Positions 1 to 8,655 of a stretch of 19,898 bases of DNA are shown here, piece by piece (position 1 is the stretch's first letter; each line of letters starts with the position of its first letter). The translations under genes were made by a program, and so were the position numbers. Source of the stretch: Promethearchaeota archaeon (lineage in GTDB: Archaea; Asgardarchaeota; Lokiarchaeia; Sigyniarchaeales; SOKP01); assembly GCA_048937405.1 (NCBI GenBank), contig JBHLNF010000009.1, positions 203,196 through 223,093 on the forward strand. The letters are read 5' to 3'. Under the pieces are notes generated by a model. That model had not been told where the DNA came from and did no database searches. It worked only from the letters and a program-made list of their open reading frames with translations.

Positions 1-1
1 A

Positions 2-328
2 AAGGAAAAAGAAAAAGAGAAGGAAAAAGAAAAAAAGGATAAAGACAAAAAAGACAAAGATAAAAAAGATAAAGATAAGGAAAAAGATAAAAAAGATAAA
101 GATAAAAAAGCTGTAGATCAAGAATGGAAATTATCTATAAGTAAGGATCTTGATACATTAACTCATGCCTATGAAAAAATCACAAATAAATTTAGAGATA
201 TTGATAATTACGTTCTGAAGGATGCTAATTCAAAGGAAGAATTTATTGAAAAAGTCAAAAAGTATGTTGAAGATTTACCAGATGCATCCAAACAAATATT
301 CCTCGCATTTTTACAATCTATTCAATAA
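2..328 (+). CDS. 3' end of a gene truncated by the window edge; Lys/Asp/Glu low-complexity tract followed by a short helical C-terminal domain; function unknown
   Basis: Frame +2 is open from the window start to TAA at 326-328: KEKEKEKEKEKKDKDKKDKDKKDKDKEKDKKDKDKKAVDQEWKLSISKDLD...KQIFLAFLQSIQ*. It is not in the ORF track because the start lies outside the window. Confidence 0.8.
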   Translation, partial: KEKEKEKEKEKKDKDKKDKDKKDKDKEKDKKDKDKKAVDQEWKLSISKDLDTLTHAYEKITNKFRDIDNYVLKDANSKEEFIEKVKKYVEDLPDASKQIFLAFLQSIQ

Positions 329-356
329 TTTAAATAATTTTATTTTAACCTTTATT

Positions 357-1121
357 TTATTCGAATTTCTTACCGATAACTCCAACATATATTGCAGTTT
401 CATTAATTCCATCAATTTCTAATAACTGGTTAAGTTCATCATCGTATATTGCCCCTATTGTACATGCTCCTAACCCTAGCGCCTCAGCTATAAGATAAAA
501 ATTTTGCCCTATATGTCCCGCGTCTAAATAAATATAACGATAGCATCTTTGAAGATATTTCCACTTAGATCTTTCAATTACTGCTGTCCACACGAAATTC
601 ACAGCTGAATTGAATGCCATTTGTTGATCTAAACACCCTTTAACAATCTCTGTTCGAAAATCACCCTCTTTTAGTAATTCAAGCATATGTTGAGCTATGT
701 TATAGTGATATATTCCTTTTTCTAATTGTTCTACATCATTAATTATTGGATATATTTCAATAGGAAATAAACCTCCCGCTGAAGGAATGGTCCGAAATGC
801 AACCTGGCGTGAAATTCGTGTTAATCCTGTCATTCCATATAATAATAAACTTACCTGTAACTGCGTCAATGGCTCTTGTTTAAATTTACGAGTTGATTTT
901 CTATTTAAAACTACATTCCAAAACTTTATTTGATTATCAAAAACAGGTTCCACCAATTTTATAGTTTTAATAGCATTTTGATATGTCTTAAACGTTTCTG
1001 GTTTACTTTCCCAATCCAATCGATGATTTGGTAGATTATTTCTAATGTATTTAGATTTTTGTTGAAAATTATCTCCATAATTCTCTGGTTGAATATTCAT
1101 ATTGAAAAGAGAGTAAGACAT
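357..1121 (-). CDS. SagB/ThcOx-family FMN-dependent dehydrogenase (nitroreductase superfamily)
   Basis: Motifs RKSTRKF, FRTIPSAGGLFPIEIY, GIYHY, RSKWKY..RCYRYIYLDAGHIGQNFYLIAEALGLGACTIGA are typical of this family. Confidence 0.9.
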   Translation of the reverse strand: MSYSLFNMNIQPENYGDNFQQKSKYIRNNLPNHRLDWESKPETFKTYQNAIKTIKLVEPVFDNQIKFWNVVLNRKSTRKFKQEPLTQLQVSLLLYGMTGLTRISRQVAFRTIPSAGGLFPIEIYPIINDVEQLEKGIYHYNIAQHMLELLKEGDFRTEIVKGCLDQQMAFNSAVNFVWTAVIERSKWKYLQRCYRYIYLDAGHIGQNFYLIAEALGLGACTIGAIYDDELNQLLEIDGINETAIYVGVIGKKFE

Positions 1122-1175
1122 GCTTAAAAGTTTTGATTTAATAATTTAAAAGATTAGATTTATAATTCTTAGCAA

Positions 1176-1227
1176 AAAATCAAATCGCTCTTTTGATTTT
1201 AAATTATTTCTTAGAAATAGTTTCTAA
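1176..1227. promoter_or_regulatory. Inverted repeats in a divergent intergenic region; candidate transcription-factor sites
   Basis: AAAATCAAA-N7-TTTGATTTT (1176-1200) and TTAGAAA-TAG-TTTCTAA (1211-1227). Confidence 0.35.
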
Positions 1228-1289
1228 ATTAAAATCAATATATATTTCTATTAACTCTTCTAACTAGAATCAATAATACATTCATTTTT

Positions 1290-2471
1290 ATGGTGTTTTT
1301 CTTGGAAAAGAAATCGATTTTATCAATTGCAATTATATTTGGTACAATTTTAGGACTTGGAATTAGTTTTGGAACGATTATTCTTTTAGATACTCGAAAA
1401 AATCCCCCAATTAATTATGAATATGATATTCAAAATGCATTTCCAAATATTACATTTACTAGACCTCTAGGAATTTATGATTCAGAAGATGGAACTAATC
1501 GTTTATTCGTTGTTGAGCAAGGAGGCAGAATTTTACTGATTGAAAACAATAAAAATATAACTAAATATGAAATTTTCCTTGATATTGGAGATAAGATTTA
1601 TTTTGGAGGAGAGAGGGGTTTATTAGGTTTTGCTCTCCATCCTAATGATACAATAAATGGCTATTTTTTTGTATATTATTCTGAAAAAGGGACAGGTGAT
1701 TCAGTTCTCTCACGGTTCAAAGTTAATTCTACAAATCCGAATATAGCAAATAAAACCAGTGAAAAAGTTTTATTAAAAATCACACAACCCTATTCCAATC
1801 ATAATGGAGGGCAAATTGGTTTTGGACCAGATAATTTTTTATATATTGGTTTAGGAGATGGAGGTTCAGGTGGTGATCCCTTGAATAATGGACAAAATCG
1901 CCAAACTTTATTAGGAACGATACTTAGAATTGATATTGATGCTGGAGATCCTTATGCTATTCCCAATGATAATCCCTTTTATGGAAATTTAAATGGATGG
2001 GCTGAAGAAATATATGCGTTTGGTTTTCGAAATCCATGGCGTTTTAGTTTTGATCCAGTTACGGGTTTTCTTTGGGTTGCGGATGTAGGACAAGATCACT
2101 GGGAAGAGATTGATATTGTTGAAAATGGCAACAATTATGGATGGAATACAAGAGAAGGATCTCATGATTATAAACCAGGTACAAATGTAACCATTATTCA
2201 AGATCCGATATTTGAATATAGCCATAGTGTTGGGGATTCAATCACTGGTGGATATGTTTATAGAGGTTCGATTCTGACTGATCTAATTGGAAAATATGTG
2301 TATGGTGATTATGTTTCTGGTCGAATTTGGGCGTTGGAATATGCGGGGGATGTAGTTCTTAATAACACATTACTAATAGATACTAATTTGAAAATCTCTT
2401 CTTTTGGAATAGATTCTAATAATGAACTGCTAATTTGCGCTTTTGATGGAAATATATATAAATTAATATAG
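1290..2471 (+). CDS. PQQ-dependent sugar (glucose/sorbosone) dehydrogenase family beta-propeller with an N-terminal membrane anchor
   Basis: Motifs RLFVVEQGG, GERGLLGFALHP, NHNGGQIGFGPD..LYIGLGDGG, G.ILRID, EIYAFGFRNPWRFSFD, DVGQ..WEEID, GNNYGW; hydrophobic segment at about residues 10-34. Confidence 0.9.
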   Translation: MVFFLEKKSILSIAIIFGTILGLGISFGTIILLDTRKNPPINYEYDIQNAFPNITFTRPLGIYDSEDGTNRLFVVEQGGRILLIENNKNITKYEIFLDIGDKIYFGGERGLLGFALHPNDTINGYFFVYYSEKGTGDSVLSRFKVNSTNPNIANKTSEKVLLKITQPYSNHNGGQIGFGPDNFLYIGLGDGGSGGDPLNNGQNRQTLLGTILRIDIDAGDPYAIPNDNPFYGNLNGWAEEIYAFGFRNPWRFSFDPVTGFLWVADVGQDHWEEIDIVENGNNYGWNTREGSHDYKPGTNVTIIQDPIFEYSHSVGDSITGGYVYRGSILTDLIGKYVYGDYVSGRIWALEYAGDVVLNNTLLIDTNLKISSFGIDSNNELLICAFDGNIYKLI

Positions 2472-2604
2472 AATCAAAAAACTACTATTTTCACTCGTTA
2501 ATTATTAATAGTGCCATCCTTTTTATTTTTCCAAAAATATATTCGATATTAAATATTAAATTAAACTTCAATTAAAAAAAGCAAGAAAAGGTTTTTGAAT
2601 ACAG

Positions 2605-3444
2605 ATGAATTCAATTTTTGGCTTTCTAATGATTTTTATTATAGGGTGTATCAGTTTAGTTGGTGTATTCATGATTTCAATAAAAGAAAAAACTTTAGAC
2701 AAAGTATTATTTATACTTGTAGCTTTTGCTACTGGAACGATTCTTGCTACAGCTTTTTTTGATTTAATTCCAGAAGCGCTTCACCATCTTGAAGAGTTGA
2801 ATACAAAAGGGGCAAGCATAAATGAAAACCTTCTCTTTACTTTTATTATAATGGGTTTTGTAATATTTTTTATACTAGAACGATTCATCTATTGGTTTCA
2901 TGGGCATGCTCACGAAAAAGAAAATGAATTAGTTTGTTATGATTCTCGAATAGAGAGTAAAAACGTAATTATAAAAAAGGGAACTGTCATAGAAAATTTC
3001 GCAATTCTAAATCTAATTGGTGATGGATTGCATAATTTTTTAGATGGTATCGTTATAATGGTGGGATTTTTAAGTGGATTTAGTAATGGGATAATTATCA
3101 CTCTTGCTGTTGCATTCCATGAATTACCGCAGGAAATTGGTGATTTCGGAATTCTTTTATATGGTGGTTTTACAAAGAAAAAAGCTCTCTTTTATAACTT
3201 TTTAAGCGCAATGGTAGCTCTACTAGGGGGTGTTTTGGCATTATTTTTATCAATGACGGTAGACATATTTAACTTATTCTTTTTAGCCTTTTCTGGTGGT
3301 GGTTTTTTATATATTGCTGCTGTTGAACTCATGCCTGAACTTATAAAGGAGAAACATCTAAAAAAATCTATTCTTCAGGCATTAATTTTTATAGGTGGTA
3401 TATTGCTTATTATATTATTAGTGGGGCTCTTACCACATGAATGA
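2605..3444 (+). CDS. ZIP-family (ZupT-like) divalent metal transporter
   Basis: Multiple TM helices, His-rich loop HGHAHE, and TM4/TM5 signatures GDGLHNFLDG and HELPQEIGDFG, plus LYIA.VELMPE. Confidence 0.93.
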   Translation: MNSIFGFLMIFIIGCISLVGVFMISIKEKTLDKVLFILVAFATGTILATAFFDLIPEALHHLEELNTKGASINENLLFTFIIMGFVIFFILERFIYWFHGHAHEKENELVCYDSRIESKNVIIKKGTVIENFAILNLIGDGLHNFLDGIVIMVGFLSGFSNGIIITLAVAFHELPQEIGDFGILLYGGFTKKKALFYNFLSAMVALLGGVLALFLSMTVDIFNLFFLAFSGGGFLYIAAVELMPELIKEKHLKKSILQALIFIGGILLIILLVGLLPHE

Positions 3445-3546
3445 TTTCTTTGACCCTTAAGTTTTTTAGCCGGAATAAAAGATATAATGAATAAATTAAT
3501 ATAATATAATCAAATTTATTATAATTCATACGTATTTTTTGTTCTT

Positions 3547-4917
3547 ATGAAAAAAATATCTAAAGAAGAGCTTTTAAGAAAATCAAAGATTCCTGGAATT
3601 AATGCTATTAAAATGCATAAATTCTATAAAGGTAAAATTCAGATACTTCCTAGGTGTCAAATTCGAGATTATAAAGACTTTGCAATATGGTACTCTCCTG
3701 GAGTATCTGTTCCTTCTTCTGAAATTTTCAAGGATAAACAAAAAATATATGAATATACGAATAAATCGAACTCTATAGCAGTTGTAAGTGATGGAACAAG
3801 AGTCTTAGGCCTTGGAGCTATTGGACCTGAAGCAGCATTACCAGTAATGGAAGGAAAAGCTCTATTATTCAAATATTTAGGTGGAATTGATGCGTTTCCC
3901 TTATGTATAGGTAAAAAAGCATGTTGTGACGCAGAGCATATAATAGAATTTGTAAAAATGATACAACCTTCATTTGGAGGCATTAATTTAGAAGATATTG
4001 AGAAACCTAAATGTTTTACTGTTTTAGACGGATTACGTGCTGACCCAGAAGTGGAAATACCTGTATGGCATGACGATCAACAAGGAACGGCATGTGTTAC
4101 TCTAGCGGGATTAATAAATTCATTAAAAATAATAGGAAAGAAAAAAAATGAAGTAAAAGTAGTTTTTAATGGAATTGGTGCAGCAAATTTCGGTATTTAT
4201 CGATTATTAAAAGCAGATAGATTTGATATAAAAAAATTTATTTTTGTTGATTCAAGAGGAATTTTATATCAAGGTAGGTCAGATTTAAAAGATCCTAACG
4301 ATTATAAACATGAATTGCTTAATACTAGTAATCCTGAGCATCTTCAAGGTGATTGTGGAGTAGCGATGGAAGGTGCCGATATCCTTATATCTTCTAGCAT
4401 TCCGGGTCCTGATATCATTAAGAAAGAATGGATTTCAAAAATGGCGGATGATGCTATAGTTTTTGTATTAGCTAATCCTATTCCTGAAATATTTCCTTGG
4501 GATGCAAAAGATGCTGGTGCGAGAATTATAGGAACAGGAAGATCCGATTTTCCAAATCAAGTAAATAATTCTCTATGTTTTCCGGGAGTTTTTAGAGGAA
4601 CCTTAGATGTACATGCAAAAACTATTACAGATGAGATGTGTATTGCAGCTTCGTATGCTCTAGCAAATTTAGTTGAGGAGATTAAAGGATGTTTAATAGA
4701 ATCATGTATCCTTCCGACTATGGAATATGAAGAACTTTTTATTAGAGAAGCTGTTGCTACAGGGTTGAAAGCAATTGAACAAGGATTGGCTCGTCTTAAA
4801 CTTACTGAAGAAGAGTTATATTCTAATGCTAAAAAAGTAATTGAAGAATCTCATTCAATATCGAGATTACTCATGAAAAAAGGTTTGATACCCGAATTTA
4901 ATGATTATATAAAATAA
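3547..4917 (+). CDS. NAD(P)-dependent malic enzyme (short prokaryotic type)
   Basis: Motifs YSPGV, AVVSDGTRVLGLG.IGPEAALPVMEGKALLFK, FGGINLEDI..P.CF, HDDQQGTA, G.GAA, LANP.PEI, GTGRSDFPNQVNN.L.FPG.FRG. Confidence 0.95.
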   Translation: MKKISKEELLRKSKIPGINAIKMHKFYKGKIQILPRCQIRDYKDFAIWYSPGVSVPSSEIFKDKQKIYEYTNKSNSIAVVSDGTRVLGLGAIGPEAALPVMEGKALLFKYLGGIDAFPLCIGKKACCDAEHIIEFVKMIQPSFGGINLEDIEKPKCFTVLDGLRADPEVEIPVWHDDQQGTACVTLAGLINSLKIIGKKKNEVKVVFNGIGAANFGIYRLLKADRFDIKKFIFVDSRGILYQGRSDLKDPNDYKHELLNTSNPEHLQGDCGVAMEGADILISSSIPGPDIIKKEWISKMADDAIVFVLANPIPEIFPWDAKDAGARIIGTGRSDFPNQVNNSLCFPGVFRGTLDVHAKTITDEMCIAASYALANLVEEIKGCLIESCILPTMEYEELFIREAVATGLKAIEQGLARLKLTEEELYSNAKKVIEESHSISRLLMKKGLIPEFNDYIK

Positions 4918-4965
4918 TCCTAGATATTATGAATTCTTAAAAAGTAAAATATTACCTCTAATTCT

Positions 4966-6393
4966 TTATTTTTTTTGCTTAAAATTATTTATCCGTGTTA
5001 AAATTCTAAGAGCTGAAACGGCTTGCACTGCTTCTTCAATGCTATGAAACACAGGGATATTTGAAAGTTCTAAAGCTTCGATAATCATTCCATATTTCTG
5101 AACATATGGTATAAAACAAATTAATGGTTTTTTTTCTACTGACACTGTATTCGCTATTCTCCTCCCAATCTGAAAAGAAATTGAAGGCGTATAAGGTAAA
5201 ATAAGTACTATAATACATTCAATCCGTTCAATTTTGGAAAGATATTGGATTAAGTTTTCAATATCTTCATCTTTAGCAGAACCAGTAAGATCTATTGGAT
5301 TATCAAATGAAGCAATATTACGAGCGACAGGGTTTACTAATTCTTTCATTTCTTCTTTTTCTTTTTCATTAAATTCAACACCAAATAATTCATACTTCTT
5401 GAGTAGATCTGCACATAATACACCATGTCCTCCAGAAATTGATAAAATGGCAATTTTCCCATATATTATTGTATTTGAATCAAATAACTTTCTTTTATGA
5501 GATAATATATCAAATAATTTCAAGTACGTAAGCAACTCAAGTTCTGTTCGAGGTTGAACTATTAAATTTTGTTTTAATACTGCTGAAATAATTTTATCAC
5601 TTCCTGATAAACTTGCGGTATGAGATTTAGTAGCTCTCCTTCCTTGCTCAGATAAACCTCCGAAATATGTAACTACAGTATCTTCAGATTCCCTTGCCAA
5701 TTCAAGAAATTTTTGACTCTTGTTTGATTTAAATCCTTCCAAATAAAAAGCAATATTACAGGTTTCTTTATCATATTTACTAAAGTATTCTAATAACATA
5801 GTTTCATCTACTACTGCGCGATTTCCAATCGAAACAGCAGTAGATACTCCTATTTTTATTTCATTAAATTTATGGAAGAATTGATCTACTAAAACTCCTC
5901 CTGATTGACTAATTAATGCCACTGTGCCTTTAGGTGGACGTGTTAATCTCTCTGTAGGCATAAAGATTGTATCAAGTAGGGGTGGGGAATATACCCCTAT
6001 ACAATTAGGCCCCAATACAGCGATGTTATTATCAAAAGCAATTCTCTCTAATTTTTTTTGTCTGACAATTCCTTCATTACCTATTTCTGCGAATCCCCCT
6101 CCAATAATTATACAAGCGGGAATATTTAAGTCTGCGCAAGATTGCACATAATCTAAAGTCTGATCCGCTGAGATCGCAATTACTAATAGATCAGGTATTT
6201 CAGGTAATTCATCTAATCGAGTATGTAAGGGTGCACCTTCAATATTGCCGCCCTCTGGATGAATTCCATACGTTTCTACTTGCATTTCAAAAACATTCTT
6301 TACGAAAATTATTCTCCCAGGGCTTAATGGATTTTTTTTACTAACCCCTACTACTGCCATTGATTTTGGTTTAAATAATTTTTCTAATTGCAT
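4966..6393 (-). CDS. ADP-forming acyl-CoA synthetase alpha subunit (acetate-CoA ligase family, CoA-binding protein)
   Basis: LFKPKSMAVVG, GGFAE, GPNCIG, ISQSGG, SIGN, YLEG, phospho-His motif SHTASLSG, SGGHGVLCAD, NPIDLTG. Confidence 0.88.
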   Translation of the reverse strand: MQLEKLFKPKSMAVVGVSKKNPLSPGRIIFVKNVFEMQVETYGIHPEGGNIEGAPLHTRLDELPEIPDLLVIAISADQTLDYVQSCADLNIPACIIIGGGFAEIGNEGIVRQKKLERIAFDNNIAVLGPNCIGVYSPPLLDTIFMPTERLTRPPKGTVALISQSGGVLVDQFFHKFNEIKIGVSTAVSIGNRAVVDETMLLEYFSKYDKETCNIAFYLEGFKSNKSQKFLELARESEDTVVTYFGGLSEQGRRATKSHTASLSGSDKIISAVLKQNLIVQPRTELELLTYLKLFDILSHKRKLFDSNTIIYGKIAILSISGGHGVLCADLLKKYELFGVEFNEKEKEEMKELVNPVARNIASFDNPIDLTGSAKDEDIENLIQYLSKIERIECIIVLILPYTPSISFQIGRRIANTVSVEKKPLICFIPYVQKYGMIIEALELSNIPVFHSIEEAVQAVSALRILTRINNFKQKK

Positions 6394-6577
6394 AATAATT
6401 AGTCCTTTCCATACTTTTTTTTATTATATGTTTAATTTAATTTATCTTTTACATATTTTTTTTATTTCTACTTGAGAATTTGTTATCATTTTTAACTTTT
6501 TTATAGATAAATTAAAAAAAAATAAAGTTAAAAATCAACAGATTTGAGCTTAATTTTATATAAAAGAATTACACAAT

Positions 6578-7843
6578 TCAGACTCTATAATCTTTATAAG
6601 GAAGTTTTTCAATATCATATGGTAGTGTGGAATCATCTGGTATTGGTTCAATATAAAGCCTTCTAAAGTTTGGATGTTGCATTCTACATGAAGTATCTCT
6701 ATGTCTATAGGCAGGATGGTGCACCATTTTATTCCAGATCTCCTTTAGAGATTTACTTCTTACATTTCCAAATGATAAAGGTGTAAAATCACAAGGGGAT
6801 ACTTCCCCATAAGCTGAAACGTAATATTGAAGATTAACAGCTAAACACCCAATACCCCCAAGATATCCTTCTATAGAGTTCTGCCATGATTGAGAATTGA
6901 ATTGGGGTACTTTACGTTGTCTAAAAACATTAGAAGAAAATTTGCGTATTTCTTCGTGCTGTTCTGGAGTAAGCATCTCATTGGTATCTTTCAACATATT
7001 TCCTGTTGGCACTCCATCAAAAGAAATCAAATTCTGTACACCAAGTTTTCTTGCTAATAAATATAACTTTTTATACATTCCCTTTTCAGTTGTTGAACGA
7101 GTTGCATACGAAGATATTCCAACAAATCCTCCTTTAGATTGCATTCTTTTTATTCCTTGAATGGCAGACTCAAATAAACCGGTAAAACCTCGTAATTTAT
7201 CATGTTCCTCACGAATAGGGCTGTCAATACTTACAAAAAGTGAATATAATCCAGCATTAACTAATTTATCAATATTTTCTTCAGTAAGCAAAAGACCATT
7301 TGTAAAAAGAATAGGCAGTGCTTTCCTTTTATCCACATATGAAATTAATTCATAAATATCATCACGTAATAAGGGTTCTCCTCCAGTGAACGCAATAAGG
7401 GAAACACCAAGATTTTGACTTTGATCTATCAAAGCTTTCGCCTCTTTTGTTGAAAGTTCTTTCATATCTTCTCTCAAGTGTCTTCCCGCACTACAATGTT
7501 TACAATTGCATTGACATTTATATGTAACTGCGAATGTCATGGCAACAGGGAATGTATGGCGAAAAATCCTACTCATTATACTGGCTCTTAGTACCCGTAA
7601 CATCGGACTACTTCCAACTGGGGGTGCAAATGTGTTTGCAACTCTCTTGCCTCTCCATCTTCCTAAATTCTTATATTGTCTATAGAAATTAGCTTGGAAG
7701 ACTATCATAATAAGAAAACGCAATTTATCAAAAATTGGATTTAAGAGCCCTGTTCCAATAACTTCTCCTGTATCTAATTTCTTAAAACTTACTAATTTTT
7801 TACCAAAGAGACTCAGCAATATTCTTTCTCGTACCATCTTCAA
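6578..7843 (-). CDS. Radical SAM enzyme with a C-terminal SPASM/twitch-type domain (start may be the ATG at 7837)
   Basis: CxxxCxxC motif (CQCNCKHC), FTGGEPLL, FTNG, VSID, HD..RG, and the auxiliary-cluster region CLAVNLQYYVSAYGEVSPCDF...GNV...L.EIW...C. Confidence 0.92.
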   Translation of the reverse strand: MKMVRERILLSLFGKKLVSFKKLDTGEVIGTGLLNPIFDKLRFLIMIVFQANFYRQYKNLGRWRGKRVANTFAPPVGSSPMLRVLRASIMSRIFRHTFPVAMTFAVTYKCQCNCKHCSAGRHLREDMKELSTKEAKALIDQSQNLGVSLIAFTGGEPLLRDDIYELISYVDKRKALPILFTNGLLLTEENIDKLVNAGLYSLFVSIDSPIREEHDKLRGFTGLFESAIQGIKRMQSKGGFVGISSYATRSTTEKGMYKKLYLLARKLGVQNLISFDGVPTGNMLKDTNEMLTPEQHEEIRKFSSNVFRQRKVPQFNSQSWQNSIEGYLGGIGCLAVNLQYYVSAYGEVSPCDFTPLSFGNVRSKSLKEIWNKMVHHPAYRHRDTSCRMQHPNFRRLYIEPIPDDSTLPYDIEKLPYKDYRV

Positions 7844-7897
7844 TTCAAAGGAAAAATATGTATTAATTTAATTTCTAATAAATTAATTTGTGGAATA

Positions 7898-8110
7898 TTA
7901 CTTTTTATATTTCTTATAAATATTATATCCAACGATGCCTATAGTTAGACCCGATAAAGTTGATAAAAGTGGAATAGGATTATAATTTACAAAAAATAGT
8001 ATTAAATCAACTGTGATAAGAATATCCAGACAAAAGAATGAAAAGATTAACCATTTAAGTTTCTCTAAAATCTCTTTTTTGGTAAAATATTCTTCTTCTT
8101 TTATTTCCAT
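7898..8110 (-). CDS. Small two-TM hypothetical membrane protein
   Basis: 70-aa ORF with a charged N-terminus, two hydrophobic segments and a Lys-rich tail; co-oriented 54 nt upstream of the radical SAM gene. Confidence 0.6.
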   Translation of the reverse strand: MEIKEEEYFTKKEILEKLKWLIFSFFCLDILITVDLILFFVNYNPIPLLSTLSGLTIGIVGYNIYKKYKK

Positions 8111-8330
8111 TTTATTTTCTTACTCTTTTTATCTTGAACTTTTTTAAGAAACATTTGAATATAGATTTTTTCCTCTAATAGTTGACTTGAATCTTATCAA
8201 ATCTCATAATATCAATATATCTAATTTTTTAAAAAATTAATGAATTAATAAAAAATAGACTAAAAGTATAAAGGAAAAGAAATTTTTATTATAACAATAA
8301 TAAAAATTTAGGTTGAAGAATATACATCCA

Positions 8331-8483
8331 ATGACAGATATTAATTTACTTGAGTGTCCTTTCTCTCACACTTGTACTCTTCCAGTTAAATTGGATTCAT
8401 GTAATTTTCCTAAATTCAAAGTGTGTGCAGAATATCAAATAAGATTAAATAAACTTAAGTCTCCTTCAAAGATTATTCCTTAA
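8331..8483 (+). CDS. Uncalled 50-aa Cys-rich microprotein (C-x5-C-x8-C-x7-C); putative metal-binding peptide
   Basis: ATG at 8331 to TAA at 8483: MTDINLLECPFSHTCTLPVKLDSCNFPKFKVCAEYQIRLNKLKSPSKIIP. It has higher GC than the flanking spacer and an AT-rich promoter-like tract upstream. Confidence 0.65.
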   Translation: MTDINLLECPFSHTCTLPVKLDSCNFPKFKVCAEYQIRLNKLKSPSKIIP

Positions 8484-8655
8484 AAGAAATGAATGTAATT
8501 TTAGTATAATTTTTCTATATTACTTTCTCTGCTTTTTATATTCTTTTATTTTTATTAAGAAATGTAGATCTTTGAATTATTCAAGTTATAAATAATAATG
8601 AAAATATAATTAAATTCCATTGAATCTATTTTTATAAAGAAAAGGAGTATTTAAA

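Noticed and set aside
222-422. 66-aa ORF from the track
   Set aside because: It overlaps the real frame +2 gene end and the antisense nitroreductase, and has no recognisable features.
1989-7355. Short antisense ORFs at 1989-2225, 3669-3983, 5234-5500, 5924-6151, 6897-7160 and 7161-7355
   Set aside because: They are shadow ORFs lying entirely within well-supported genes on the opposite strand.
6578-7843. Calling the radical SAM gene pqqE because of the nearby PQQ-type dehydrogenase
   Set aside because: There is no pqqA/B/C/D, and the auxiliary domain has too few Cys for a full PqqE-type SPASM domain.
357-8483. A single RiPP cluster made of the SagB-like dehydrogenase, the radical SAM enzyme and the Cys peptide
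   Set aside because: The genes are separated by unrelated metabolic genes and there is no YcaO, peptidase or exporter. Stand-alone SagB-like nitroreductases are common in archaea.
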